This document shows positions 39,693 through 53,247 of a stretch of 64,000 nucleotides of DNA, piece after piece. Each line of letters begins with the position of its first letter. Positions within the stretch are counted from its first letter, which is position 1. Origin of the DNA: Vicugna vicugna (lineage: Eukaryota); assembly GCA_013265495.1 (NCBI GenBank), contig MU058000.1, positions 372,001 through 436,000 of the forward strand. Direction: 5' to 3'. The notes beneath the pieces are model-generated. The model did no database searches and was not told where the DNA came from. It worked only from the letters and a program-made list of their open reading frames with translations. The position numbers and the translations under genes were made by a program.

Positions 39693-39765
39693 CACTTCTT
39701 GTTTCTGGGCTTCATTAAGTTTTTCAGTCAGCTCTTCCAAAGCCCTTTTTGTTTCAGCATCTGAC
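39693..39765 (-). CDS. CEP128: CEP128 coding exon 6 (73 nt, (R)SDAETKRALEELTEKLNEAQKQEV)
   Basis: Acceptor tttgtttgtgtag|G, donor GTG|gtgaga; phase 2/0; coiled-coil-like sequence. Confidence 0.94.
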
Positions 39766-39868
39766 CTACACAAACAAAGAAAAATATTTTATATTAGCTA
39801 TTTGAGGAAATATATATAATTTGTGAAATTTACATCATCATCATATGTTATCACATAATACTCTGCTG

Positions 39869-40035
39869 CAGTGGTTCTTAAGTGTTAGCCAATATATGCA
39901 ACACCCAGAGGGCTTGTTACAAATACAGACTGCTGAATCAGCTGATCTGCCATGGAGCCCAAGAATGTGCATTCCTATAAATTCCCAGGAGATGCTAATG
40001 CTACTGGTCTGGGGATTACACTTGGAGAAACAATG
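39869..40035. mobile_element. MER5A-like hAT MITE
   Basis: Termini CAGTGGTTCTTAA / GGAGAAACAATG; internal CCCAAGAATGTGCATT...TTCCCAGGAGATGCTAATGCT. Confidence 0.75.
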
Positions 40036-41019
40036 TTATACTGGCCCATCACCTTCAATAAACAAATAGGCTGCAATATCTCCCACTTTAAATTAAGAAG
40101 AATGGAAGAGGGAAGGAAAACAAAGCTCCTGATCTCACATCTTCTCTAGCAATTTGTAACCAAATTACATCAGAATGTGCTGTACAAACTCTGTCCTAAC
40201 TTACCTCCCATTATCTTTTTTCCCATTGAATTAATAACATACCTGATTTTTAAAAACATCAAATAGTACAAAAAAAACTTACAAAGAAAAGCAAAGCCCT
40301 TCCTGTCTCACTCTTTCTTACTTCTGGTTCCACTGCCCAGTGGCAACCATGCTCAAGGATTTACATTCTTAATTCTGTTGCTGGTTACCTCCATTTTCAA
40401 CTGTTTTGAAATGTTTAGCTTACACACACTCCTCTCCAATTTCAGACAAATTTATTATTACTTTTAGTTCTTCTATTGATAATCTGTGTAACTTACTTAA
40501 TGTATTTATACCCCTAATGAATTGCTCCATCATAGAGAATTGCTTTTTGTTTACATTCTATCATGCTCACATTTTAATCAGCTTTCTACTTGGATCAGCT
40601 TCTTGTGCTTTTGTTTGTTTCTAGAGTTTCCCATTATTTTGGGCAATTATATGGGCCTTATTTATCATATAATTGGTATTTTTTCCCACTTACTACTGAA
40701 TCATCTATTAAGAATTAACTCCATTCTTACTGACTACATTCTTCTCAAAAGACACTTCCTGCTCTCACTTAGAGTAAATATCTCCTGGGCCTGCTCTATG
40801 TCTATCATGCTGGGAATTTCTTTCACTGACATTCTGGGTTAGTTTCACTATTTCTTGTAACCTATATCTTCCTCTTTCTTGATTACCATTTTATTTTACT
40901 TGTATGTTCTTAGGTAATTTCCTTGGAAAGAAGTGACCTTAAAAGGTAAATTTTCTAAGTCTTTAAACCTCAGAAAATCCTCTTTACTTGTACTTCGTTT
41001 TTAGCTTTTGTGGTTCCAT

Positions 41020-41620
41020 GTGCTGCTGGATTTTCCACATCTCACTGGCTGTTCCTTCTCAAGCCAGCTCCTCTTTTTGTAGAAGACTTCAGCATGCTGG
41101 AATTCTTTAGCACTCAGCCCTGTCCTTGACGCTTTCCCCACAGTTTCTCTCTAGATACCACCCCTTTCCATACTTCCAAATGCTACTTCCATACGCCAAC
41201 CACTTTTGAATTTCTCTAACAGACTTTTCCTTTGAGTTCCAGAGTAAATACCTAGCTGTGTATTTTACATTTCCACCTGGATGTCTCACAAGCATCTCAA
41301 GCCTAACATATCCAAGGCCAAACTCTTAATTTCTATACCTCAACTACCCTCACCAGTCTCTGTACTTCAGAAATGGAATAACCATCTATTCAGTTACTCA
41401 AATCAGAAATCTGAGGGTCATCCTTGGTTTATTCTCTGTTACCCCTCATATCCAATCCATTGCCAAGTCCTAGCTCTCAGTCGCCAAAAAAAAAACATCT
41501 TGAAACATCCTTGTCCATTGTGTCTTTGCCATAATCCTGGTCAAGCCACCATCTTCTCATGCTAATGCAACAGTCTTCTAATTTGCCTGCCTCAAATCAA
41601 TTTCTCATGTGGCATCCAAA
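41020..41620 (+). mobile_element. L2 fragment
   Basis: ACATTTCCACCTGGATGTCTCACAAGCATCTCAAGCCTAACATATCCAA motif. Confidence 0.75.
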
Positions 41621-42329
41621 GCAGGTGAGTTCTGAATTAAACTTTATTTAATCCTTTCTGAAAGTCTAGTTTCCAGTGTACTTTTGTTATTCATTGTGTC
41701 TTTTGCAATGAATCTCAAGAAAAAAATTTAATTAGTAATTAAATGAGAATATTAACCTTTCTGAATCACATATGCATTTAAATCTAATGACTTCATACCC
41801 AGTATTTTTATAAACATGAATTAAGAATTGTGGTACAAGTAAAACAGAATTGGATCCTAAAATCTTCCTCATCCACAAAGTTAAGCCACTAAGTTTCACA
41901 AGAAATTTGACTCCCATTTGGGATTAAATGAAGTTTCTCTGCCTTACACATGCCTCAAGGTCACAAAACTGTTACCAGATGGTACCAGCACACAGATCAG
42001 AAGATTCCCAGTCCACTACTGCATGTCCAAATGACCACTGAAACTAGTCAGCTAAAACCATCCCGGCAACTTCCCCTATATCTTATTACAAGACAGATGT
42101 TTCCTGAAACCTATGTTCCTAGTGCTTCATTTGTTTCTTTCTTTCCAGTGTGGAAAAGTTACATAATAAAGCCACTTCAAGAACACACTATAGTAGAATG
42201 TTAATGCCATTCTGTTGATTTTATCAACCTGTCAGAAATAAATATCTAATATTAAATTAACTAACCCTTACCAGTTTAAAAGGTTAATAATATAGCTTAG
42301 AAATACAGTAATATCAGCTACATGTGAAA

Positions 42330-42590
42330 ATGATCTTGAACGACAGCATACTGTAAGTGATGCAGGGTAGACACTCTGGGGTCTTACTGTCTACATTTGA
42401 ATTCTGACTCCACCACATCACCCCTGTTTGATGTTCAGCACACTAAGTTACTTCATCACTCTGTGCCCCTGCTTCTACATCCCCCAAAAATGGGGAAAAT
42501 AATAAAGGCCACCTTGTTAGAATTGTTGCGAGAATTAAACCTAAATCCACTTGACATAAAATAAGTGCTCAATAATATTAACTAGTGGTG
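42330..42590 (+). mobile_element. MIR SINE
   Basis: TTTGAATTCTGACTCCACCAC...AAAATGGGG...GTTGCGAGAATTAAA...TAAGTGCTCAATAA. Confidence 0.65.
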
Positions 42591-43432
42591 GTAGTAATAA
42601 TGATAATAGTAAGATATTTAATTTTCATTATTAAATTTCCTGCTTTCCTAATAAAGAAGCAGAAAAGTTATGCAGAATACAGTTGATATTCATAGATTTA
42701 ACATTTATAGCTTTGACTCTTTTTGCTATAGCAACACAAAACTGGTGAGTGGAATGATTTCATTAGCTAGAGTGGGAGTTAGCAAGTAAACCTGGTAAAC
42801 AAATTTCAATTCACCTTTGTTGGTCCTTATTCACTGCTCAAAAAGGGGCAAATTTTTTTTTTCTTGTAAAAATATGGCCTCCAAATGAAAGTCACCTGTC
42901 ACTGCTGATGATGAAAATGAAGACGGTGAAAAAATTTTAAGTAAAGTGGTAATTCTGGGTAGTCTCCAAGTAGTGACAAAATTGCAAAGACTGGGCAGAT
43001 ATAAACAACTGGCTTTTGAAGATTTCAACTGAAAGCTGAAATATCAGATTCTACAATGGCTCATGTCCACTGACAAAATTTCACATTATGCTTTTTTATG
43101 CTCCATTGTCAGTCACTTGGTCTCTGTCTTTCTTTCCAAAGATTTGCAAATCTACCTCTTTGCTAAGGTTTCACAATGTCTTTCTCCATAATGTCAGCAT
43201 TCCATTGTAATAAATTAAAATATTTTTTAAAATATGAAATTAATTTGTCTAACATTCAGTCATGATATATTTTAAATCCAAAGGGTTTTGAATGGCTCTA
43301 TTAATTCACTTTAAAATACTGGTATAAAAACACAGAACTATTTTTTAAATTCATGTAAACATGTCAATTACAGAAGCAATTTTATTCTTCTAATAATTCA
43401 TGCCTCCAACAAAAACCATATTCAGCTTTTAC

Positions 43433-43524
43433 CGGCTTCTTCTGGCAAGTTCCCGGTTGAAATCATCTCCAAGGCGAACTTGTTCACTGCTGAGGTCTCG
43501 GAGGGATTGATGAAAAGCATGAAA
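43433..43524 (-). CDS. CEP128: CEP128 coding exon 5 (92 nt, FHAFHQSLRDLSSEQVRLGDDFNRELARRS + 2 nt)
   Basis: Acceptor ttgcctttattag|TTT, donor CCG|gtaaaa; phase 0/2. Confidence 0.94.
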
Positions 43525-43780
43525 CTAATAAAGGCAAAACACAGTTATCCGTTTAGGGTTTTGCTGAATTCTTCCATGAAGATTCACTGAGAGTAAGAAC
43601 AAGAACTTGTTCTTTGCAAATAATGCCCAAATATTATGTTACCAAGACATAATAAAATTAATAAATGTCTATTCTAAAAGAAATAAAATATTTTTTCCCA
43701 AAGAAAAGTTTTTAAAACTATATATAATGTTAATTATTAGCATCCTCTATAGTGCAGTATTTTATTCTTTACAGATACTC

Positions 43781-43930
43781 TAGGGGTCAGCAAACTTTTT
43801 CTGTAAAGGGTACAACAGCAAATATTTCAGGCTTTCAGGCTATAGGGTCTCTGTGACAATTACTCAACTCTGCCATAATAGCACAAAAGTAGCCATAAAC
43901 AAATGAGTGTGGCTGTGTTACAGCAGAGCT
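43781..43930 (+). mobile_element. MER58-like fragment
   Basis: AGGGGTCAGCAAACTTTTTCTGTAAAGGG...CTCAACTCTGCC; similar to 25008-25234. Confidence 0.75.
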
Positions 43931-43949
43931 TCATTCAACTAGACCAGTG

Positions 43950-44500
43950 TGCCGACCCATGCTGCTGAGAAACCCTTGCCCACGTGCACGAGGAACCATG
44001 AACAAGAATGTCTGGAGCAGCACTGTTCATGATGAGAACACTCAAAACAAGCCAAAAGTTCAGTACAAACAGAATGGAGATAAATTGTGACATGTTCCTC
44101 CCCTGGAGAATCATACAGCAGTGAAAATGAAATGATCAAATCTACCCACACTTCAAAAACAAAACATCAAATGAAAAAGGCGAGTTACAAAAGAAGACAT
44201 ACAGCATTATTCCCTTTATATAAAGTTTAAAAGCAGGCAATACTAAACAAGATATAAGTAGCAAAAAAGATTTTTTTTAAAAAAATCAAGAGAATGATTA
44301 ATACAGAAATCACAACAGTTATAGCCCTTGGGAAAAGGAGGAGCATAAAAAAGGTTTGGGGTGTATAATAATCCTCTATTTCTTGGTCTAGGTGGTGGTT
44401 ACATGGATTTTCATTCATATTCTTGTACTTTTAATTATAAATGTGTATGCTAAACATGTATGTGTAGGCTATAATTTATAATTTTTAAAAACTTAAAGTT
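43950..44500 (+). mobile_element. Old L1ME-type 3' end
   Basis: ACAAGAATGT...AGCAGCACTGTT...TTTATATAAAGTTTAAAAGCAGGCAA motifs. Confidence 0.6.
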
Positions 44501-44789
44501 TTGCAGAAACAACAAAATTGATTCATTTCAGTAAATGCACATTAAGCAACTAATCAATGCCACCAACTGTGCTGGGAAACAAGTGGCTCACAATTTAACG
44601 TGGGAGACAGCCCTGGAAAAAGAACCACAAATGCTACACTGGGGCATTAAGAAAGTGCACAGTCATGTGGAGCTAAAGGTCATCTTAAGAAAGCACACAA
44701 AACAGGGAAGAAAAATTAAAAAGAAAGGAGCGGAGGTAATATGGCAGATGAAAAACAGACTATTCACTTAGGTTTTTGCCATCATGATT

Positions 44790-45470
44790 TTCCAGTTTTG
44801 CAAACCAGAATCCTAGGACTCATCTTTGACACCTCCTTTTCACTAATTCCCACCCTCCCCAAATGGTCATGTGATAATCAGGACCTTTCATTTTTATCCA
44901 CAAAAATACCTTTTATATCTGCCACCTTCTCTCCAACTCCATTTATCCTAACCCAAGTGACCAACAGCTCACAGCAATATCCTTCTAACTGGTTTGCCCA
45001 CACTGACTCCATTTCCTACACTAGAGCCAGAGTGATCTTTTCAAAATAATTGTCACTCTCTTACAAGGCTGTGCATTGTCTCAAGGCTTCATACTTCTTT
45101 AGCCACATGGCCTTCTTTAAGTTACTGATAGATGGTATCTTCCTTCCTTCTAAGTACTACTTCTACCTCAAATGACTTACTCAACTTTCAGATCTCAGCT
45201 CAATCAGCCTTTCTTTGGGGAGCTTTCCCTGACTGGGGCAGGTCCCTAAACTATACACTCCCATAGCCCAATGCTTCTTTCTGTCATAGCACTCATCTCA
45301 GCTCATAATTACAAGTATACTAAGGTACTTTTTGATTGGTATCTAGTTCCCCCTCTAACTTGTAAGCTGCATGAAAAGACAAGGCTTTTGCTCATCACTG
45401 TTTCCAAGCACAAACACTGTCCCAGGACAGAGGCACTAAATAAATAAAATGAAAGAGTAAATGAGTAATG
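44790..45470 (+). mobile_element. L2 3' part
   Basis: CCTAGGACTCATCTTTGACACCTCC...GCCAGAGTGATCTTTTCAAAA...TGTAAGCTGCATGA. Confidence 0.7.
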
Positions 45471-46273
45471 TTAGGATATTGTTCTCTGCTCTAAGTTTAA
45501 CCACATAATCCACACTAGCAAGCTGCACCTACCAAAAAAAGAAAAAAAAAACAGTCAAAAGTTTCTATAAGGTGTCTTCCAATGCACTTGGTTCTGTCCT
45601 CTCTTTATCTTATGTTATTACAAGAAAAAGCTACAGATGAGTATCCCAACAAACTCTGAGCCCTCAATCTTAAAACTACCAAAAGGCATCAAAGTTGGCA
45701 ACATCTCGTAGCCCTTATCTAATTAATTTAGTTACCCAAAGCTACAACAACAAATTTTCAGCTCTTGCAGAGCAGTTTAAAGAAACAGAAAAAGAAATAT
45801 TTCCACAGAACTAATACCTTCAAAATTTTTAGTGACTATGTAGAAAAAGTCTAGAATTCTTGCTTAATAGACAGTGGCTCCATCAACGATTCAACAATCA
45901 GAAAAACACTAATGGAAAAATCAATAGGTTAACCACACAAAGACTAACTTGGTCATACTAAACCAAACTTGGCAAAACAGAAAGTAGCTGACTTAGGGCT
46001 TAGAGAAGAGTGAGCCAGCTGAACAAGGAAATAAAATATGTCCAACTAAACTCACTTTTAAATGTTCTACAAAATATAATCCTCCATAACAAAGTTCAAA
46101 ATAAATGTATGATGACGATTAATACATTGAAAATAAAATAGTTTACTTGGTTTAAAAAAAAATCACTACAGTTACTGATGATCAAACTTGGTTAAAATAT
46201 AGCCATAAAATTCAAGTGTCAGTCATTTAAATAGAATTCAAGGAATACAGACCGCAGAATGGGTACAGAGTAC

Positions 46274-46392
46274 CTGGCCCACGTCATCAGTCTCCTGAAC
46301 GAATCGGACACCAGCTCTGGACCTGTTTCGTTTAATACCCTGTTGATCTCCATAGTCCTTGAGAGGTGAGGTAGGTGGAAAATGGTGGCTCT
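46274..46392 (-). CDS. CEP128: CEP128 coding exon 4 (119 nt, (E)SHHFPPTSPLKDYGDQQGIKRNRSRAGVRFVQETDDVGQ)
   Basis: Acceptor tttcttttgtaaag|AG, donor CAG|gtactc; phase 1/0 fits both neighbours. Confidence 0.94.
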
Positions 46393-47385
46393 CTTTACAA
46401 AAGAAAGAAAAGGGAGAGGATTAAAAACACTAAATGAGAAGAAACAATCTAAAATTTTACTCAGTAAATACATGGCAGACATGAATATATATACATGCCC
46501 TTAACCCAGACTATTTCCCACAGACAACCACAAACAAGTACCCTGCTGTGGCTATAAAATTCCTCAAAATTGGCACTTATCTTGCTCTTAAAGTAGACAA
46601 CGTGAACAACAGAAATAACCTGTAAATGGAACACATCAAAGTTCTAACTGGCTGTACTTTTCAAAGAAGAAATGTAATATTTTCTCTTACATAAAAATAA
46701 TAAATTGCTAAATAAAAATAACTTTGATGACTCCCTGAGATCTAATAAAACAGAATTTTTCAAATAACATATTAATTCATCTAAAATATAAATGGTGTTT
46801 AAAAATCAGTAAAAACTAAACTACATAAAGAATAACTGTCCAATTTTTAATCATCATTATCATGATCAACAGCAATATTAACAATGCAAGCTACCAATGT
46901 TCACTAACTAAATCACCTCTTCACTGCAGACTTCTCTAAGTCTTTTCTATTCAAACATGACCCTCAATAATGTAGAAAAGTAGATTAATTCCAGGCAAAG
47001 TATTATCACCTTCTATGTAGCCACTGAAATCTAGCTGCACACCAAGGATAAAATTCCCCTGCTCTTAGTAAGTGTCACAGGATGCTTCATAATGAGACAT
47101 CTGAAAAACTATGGAGCTAGGACAAGACTTCTAACCCAGAAAGTACACCACATGGTAAATCCTACTTGTGTGTTTGTTTTGATTAGAGGCAGACAATTAA
47201 ATCCAGGTTTCGCCAGGAAAAGCTCTACATAGTCTACAGAGTATGGGAAGAAACAACAGTAATAAACTCAGAAGATCAAAGTCCCATTCAACATATTTCA
47301 AAATATTCACTATAAAATCCTAACTGCATCTTCTAACACCTTGTTTGTATGACTTTATGTACAGGCTGTATTTATCCAAAGATTA

Positions 47386-47878
47386 TGTTCCTGACCAGGG
47401 TTCTTGGACTCCTTAATCAATAGCAATTGATAAGAGGCCAGACAAGAAATTCAGGCTAGGTTTTATCAGGACTCATGCTGCAGCGGGAGGGAGTGAGAAC
47501 AACTAACAGGTGCTCTTGCTCGCTCCCTGAGCTGGGGGGAAAGAGGGGGCAAGCTGGGCTCTTAAATGGGGTGAGGGAAGGGGAGGGTGCAGAAGTTGGG
47601 CCAGAGGGGTGGCTTAGGTGGTCTGCCCACCCCCTTGGTGGTGCTATATGTGGAGATCACGCACAGTACCCTGCTTTTGCTCCAGACACCCCAGAAGTAG
47701 CAGTTGGGTTTTTGGTCTTTTCTAATCTTGTTGTTCACAATTTGCCCTAACTGTGCATGCACCCAGTTATTTTTAGTCTCTTACAATTTCTTTGTATTTT
47801 GAGCCCACGGTCCCAGGTCCCAGGTCCCACCCTCAGGTCTTAGCCCATGCAAGCACTGCAGCAAAGGGCCCCAGGTCA
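47386..47878 (-). mobile_element. Solo LTR (ERV1-class, 493 bp) with 4-bp TSD
   Basis: TG...CA termini; TSD ATTA at 47382-47385 and 47879-47882; GC-rich against AT-rich flanks; orientation inferred from TATA-like ATTTAAG followed by a GATAAA motif on the minus strand. Confidence 0.8.
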
Positions 47879-47960
47879 ATTACATGCATTCAGTAGGTAC
47901 TTCAGGAATATTTTTAAGGAGGGAAAAAAAAGGGGTTTTCAGAACATCTGAAGAGTTTAC

Positions 47961-48087
47961 CTGTCACGGTGCCACCATCGAGGTCACTTGTACTCAGACT
48001 TGTAACAGAAACACTTCTCCCTCCTGAGTTTCTCAACAAACGTTGACTCCGCAGTTGGCCTATTGATTGTTCCAAGCTTTCTTTTAA
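47961..48087 (-). CDS. CEP128: CEP128 coding exon 3 (127 nt, LKESLEQSIGQLRSQRLLRNSGGRSVSVTSLSTSDLDGGTVT + 1 nt)
   Basis: Acceptor ttctttaatttag|TTA, donor ACAG|gtaaac; translated by hand, open frame; phase 0/1. Confidence 0.95.
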
Positions 48088-49679
48088 CTAAATTAAAGAA
48101 TATAATGATGGGAGGGTTATTTTCTTTAAACAACTTCCAAATGCAAATAGCCTGGAGATTTTTAAAGTTATTTCTGAACTAACTGAGTTCCCAAAGAGAA
48201 TTTGTATCAGGGAAATTTTGAACTAAATTATGTTAGGAAACATAAAAATAGCCAACATAAGTATTTTAAGAACCAATTCTAACACCTGGTTTTAAACAGC
48301 ATCTGTCACTACCTACTCCACCTTCCTATTATCAGAATATGGAAGAGATGTGTACTATCTAAGCGCTTACAAAACCAGACTGACGTGCCACCCATGCTGA
48401 GAAATGTAACAAGGCCAACACATCTGAAAAAGAGAGAAAGCCTTTCTCCCTTCTAAACATTCCTTCAGAAACCCCATGTCTGCAACAAAACAGGAAAGTG
48501 AACAGCTGTCACAGTGACTGCTGCTATGAGGAAAATGCGCACTGCCTAACTCTGTCAGAACATCTCTTTCATTCATTCAAAGATTTCAAATCCAAGAAAA
48601 CCATGTGGTCAGATGTCAGACTGATAGCACAAACTAGGGATTACAGTTATCCATGTGCTCTCTTCAGATTGTTAGGGAGTTAGCCAGCAGGGGATATAAG
48701 ACATCTTTTTAGACCTAAAGAACTACATTAAATAAAAACACACTAACTGCTGGGAATACTCTCCAGAGCTGTGCAGAGCTATAGACCTGAAAAGAGGGTT
48801 CAACTGAAACCCAAAGGAACAAAGAGGAAAATCCACACCCCCTGAATTGCTGAGAAACTTCAGTCTAGATGTTTTAGCCAAACAACATATGGATCCAGAA
48901 AACAAATTACCTGTAACTCTTTAAAGAGAATGTCACAAAAAAAAAAAAACTGAATGAAGTTGATTTCCTTGAAGAGCTGTGTAGGAAGAAAGTAGCCTCT
49001 GCTAAAGGGAGAACACAGCTGAAACAGAATATGAGTCACAAATGAGTAAATTCTTCATTTTGGTTGTTTGGATTTAGGTCTGCTGGAGAACTAAGTTCAT
49101 GAAAACAGTCTGGATTAAAAGAAATACAGTTAGGATTTCAGTAATCTCTCTCTACTGTTGCTCTCATTTCTGGGGGGAACAACAAAAAAAAAAGCTAACA
49201 CTTCCATACCATCTCTCTTTGCTTGTCTAAACTGAGATATGTGCAACCCCATCCCGCCTGAGTGTTCTCCAGCTGTAGGACCCAGACTATCAGTCCAGGG
49301 AAACATACAGATGAGGCCTGGGGAAACTAAGGTCAACCTGGAGAATAATTTATCCACAAGTAAAATAGAACTATTTGTAACATATACGAAGACAAGAGAT
49401 CTTACACAGTGAACATAAAATAGCCTATGAGTTATCTATGACAAAGGCTCAGAATAAGATTAAACAGTGTAAAAATTAAAAAGCTCAAATCTAAACTGTA
49501 ACTTGAAAAAAAGACTAGAAATGTAAAATGACTTTAGATCACACAAGTCAGTGACAGAACCAGCTCTACTAACTTTTCCTGTGTTTTATCTTTATTACTC
49601 ACATCTTTCAAGCTAAGCCTGATGTCAGTTCCACTTTTTCCTCATAGTTTGTATTTGTTCGTTTTTTATTAACTGAAGT

Positions 49680-50940
49680 ATAGCTGACTATCCCTTTGGA
49701 AGCAAAGTCAGCTGTCATCTCTAATTATTGTTTCCTATTATTGTAGCCCTTTATAGCTCTGGCTATGTTTAAGATTTTCTCTTTGACTGTCAGTGGTTTT
49801 ACTATGCTATGACTATGGGCAGTTTTATTTGTAGTTATTCCATTTTGACCCATATAGAGTATAGAATCTGTAGCTTGGTGTCCTTCATGTGTTGTAAATT
49901 TTCAGCCACATTCTCTTCATCCTTTCTGCCCCATTCTTTCCTCCTACTCCTTCTGGAAATCCATTTGCATTTAAGTTGTATCTTTTTACCAAATCTCATT
50001 TGTCATCTATGCTCTTTTCTGTGTTGTTCATCCTCTCATTCCTCCATTCTTCTTTTTGGAATTACTATGCTGGCCTATCTCTTAATTTATTAATTCTCTC
50101 TTCCATTGTATACAAGCTATCTACAAGCTAACTAATCCATCTGTTGATGTTTTTTCTAATTTATTTATGTTTGCTTATTGTGGTTATATTTGTTTCTGTA
50201 ATGTTCATTTGATTCTTTTTTAAAGTTTCCAATTCTTTGTCAAAATCCTCAATCTTGTCCTTTAATTTCTTGAACAAGTTAATTGTATTTTTTTAAGTTT
50301 CTGATGTCTGTTTTTTCCCTTGATTTTCAGTCACTTCTTAAGCCTGAGTACTTTTATCATTGATAGACTTTGTATATGAAAAATTGTAGAGATTATTTAA
50401 AGCTCTGTATGATGATATCTTCCTTCAGAAGGGATTTGGTTTTGGTTCTATTAGGAAGTCAGGCTAGAGTCACAAGGAAGCCCTAAGCACCTTAATTCAA
50501 TTAGAACCGAGATGATTCATAGCTGAGCTTCTGTCCCCATTAGGGTTGGTCAATTTTCAGTTTATCACTGCTCTTATTTTCAGTTCACCATTTTTCCTAG
50601 ACTATCACTCTTAGAGATCTCAATCAAAAGCTAGAGGGTGCTTGAACCCCAATTTTGGCCTCCCTAGCCTCTTTGAGTCTATCAATAGCTCTAATTCTAT
50701 CCTATTGCTTCTAAGCCATCTCTTTTGCAGTCAGCTTCTGCCTTGATGGAGTAAGAGTCCCAAATGCAGGACTAAGCCGGACTTAAATTTTTGCCAGATC
50801 TTGACTACAAAATTCCTCACTGCCTTGGTGGTTCTCTGATGAGTTCATAATATTACTTTTTACATTTTTTTGCCTTTCCAGTTGTTCTGAATGGGAGAGT
50901 TAATCCAAAATAATCTTATCTACCAATGCCAGAAGGAGAA
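49680..50940 (-). mobile_element. Old L1 ORF1/5' region
   Basis: T-rich; AAAGTCAGCTGTCATCTCTAATT and TTTAAGATTTTCTCTTTG match reverse-strand L1 ORF1 motifs. Confidence 0.6.
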
Positions 50941-52799
50941 CTTGCCAGCATCCTTTTTATGTGGGCTTATTTGCTAACAAATCCTGAGCTGTAACTAAAA
51001 GCTGATTAATAGGATGAATTTTCACACACACACACTAATACACACACATATCCCTGCTAACAACAAAAAACTCACCACAGAACATATGGAAAAATATTGC
51101 AGAACAAGAGAAATTATTCATTACCCCCAAAATCTAGCAAGAATAACAGATGTTGGAAAACTAAACACTTCAGAAATCAAAGAAGAGGTTAGACACAACC
51201 TCTATTTGGCAACCTCATTTTTAAAAATCTAAAAAGATATACCATAAACCATCAAATAGATGAACAGGCTAATATATAAAGACCAAAATATAAAAATGAA
51301 CTATAAAAGGTAAATAAGTGAAATAAAGATTTTTTTTAATCATTCCTACAAATACCAGGGCAAAAACAGGTCTTTCACCTAAGACACAAAGCTAAATATG
51401 CAACAGAATTAAAACCTACACTTAAGAGTAGCAATAATATAGCAGACACTGCACAAAATCTAATCATGATATACAAAGCCAATTTGATAACTTCTAATAT
51501 AAAAAAACAAAGTGATACAGAGATGTAAGATTATAAAAATTGTTTAAGACTCTACGATTTTAACTTCTAATTAGGTACAAAAGCAAGCCAAATTTGAAAT
51601 TACATAAAAACACTAATAAAACCCAATTTAACATTAGTTTACTATGATGGATGATGCTGTTTTGCTGAAACCAAATCAGTGCTTCACACAGACAGTGGTA
51701 CTGACTCCATGGTGCAGATTCTAAGAGTTAGCATGAATACCTCACCAAATGTTTAGTCCTTTTCCCCACTTTCCCCTCTACGAAATACTGCAAAACCAGC
51801 ATCAGAGAACATACTATGACATATTTTCACCTCAATTTGATATAAATGTACTGGTTATATAACAAGTTTATTCTTTTACCTCTATTCATTTAATATTAGA
51901 CTAAAACAACTGAAGCATTGCTGCAATGTACCAGTATGAATAAAAGTAAAACTTGGGCACTGAAATTGAATGGCAATACTTGTTTACAAGGTGGTTTATC
52001 CAAATTAAGACATGTTTTTAAACTTAGAAGTCAAGTAGAGAACTCTCCCTCTAGCCAAAGATAAAATAATTTGAGAATCAATAAAAATATTAATTACAAT
52101 GGATTAAAGCACTTCAAATACATATAAATTTGTGAGTTAATGATACTCAAGGAGAAAAAAACATCACTGGTCACCAGAAGACAATGCTAGGGAAACAACT
52201 CATTATTCTGGAAACCAGTAAATATGTAAAAAATTTTAAAGCTATGTAAGCTTTTAGATTAACGTTAAAATATCAAATTTTAAAATTCTCATAGAGATCT
52301 CTGAAAGCCCTGTGATGTCTCTATTTGAAACATTCTGATTTGAGACAAAGTATAAGTCAAGCTTAATGAATTAAAAAAGTATGTATGTAAAACTCAAAAG
52401 GACTAACTACATTTCAAACCAAATGAAAGGAGATCATTCAGGCAGCAACGGGTTCTCCTAATAAGAGATGTGATCATTAAAGACATCATGATTCAAAAGG
52501 ACCAGAGGGAAGTCTGGCAGTGCTTTCCTCAGCTATACCACTTTTGCTTCTGTTCCTGTCAACTCATTTCATACCCTAACATTCTGAGGATGAAATAAGA
52601 TCATGTATATAAAATAATTAGAACAAGGCTTAGGGAAAATTAGTTTGTTCAGTAAATGGTAGTTTTTATTATAAAGATTACAGATAATGAATATAAGAGC
52701 AAAAAATAAATGAAGAAATGGGATGTTTTAATCTAGACAAGCTCTTTAGAAGAATTTGTCATTCCCTAAAAATGACTTCAAAGAATTCCTCTGGCTGTA

Positions 52800-53247
52800 T
52801 ATCTAGAAAATCTTAAAGAGCAGCAGTGTCAATATTCCCCCAATCAGCTATTTATTTATAACCCCACCTATAACTCCTCCATAATAGAATTCAGATTTCA
52901 CTTCCAGTATTATTACATTTCTTTGCTGCACTTTCAGTTTATTATTATCATTATTTATTTTTGTAAAGTAGCATGCAGGTTTATCATTGGAATACAAGGA
53001 AGTATCACAACCATACTCTTCACTGTTTGTGACCAATCAGCAACAGATTTCAAAAGCAGTGCTCTGTTATTTACATAGTTGTGTGGACTGAAGAGCTAGC
53101 ACCCAAGTTTGTCCTTTTCACAGTTACTCATCATTAATACACTGTGTTAATTGCAATTTGAATTATGTTGTTTGGGGACTAGTGTTATTTGACCAAAGGG
53201 ATGTAATGAAATTCATGCACACACTAACCATGCACCAAGGACTGTCT
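52800..53247 (-). mobile_element. Tigger13a-like DNA transposon fragment
   Basis: ATTTCACTTCCAG...TTTCTTTGCTGCACTTTCA...TGTGGACTGAAGAGCTAGCA...GGGGACTAGTGTTATTT...AGGACTG. Confidence 0.7.

Noticed and set aside
42680..43210. Possible ancient DNA transposon fragment
   Set aside because: It looks repeat-like, but I could not identify termini or a convincing transposase motif.
48640..49370. Possible ancient LTR
   Set aside because: No clear TG...CA ends or TSD, and no family recognised.
52420..52560. Possible intronic snoRNA or other ncRNA
   Set aside because: No convincing C/D or H/ACA box arrangement on the host (minus) strand.
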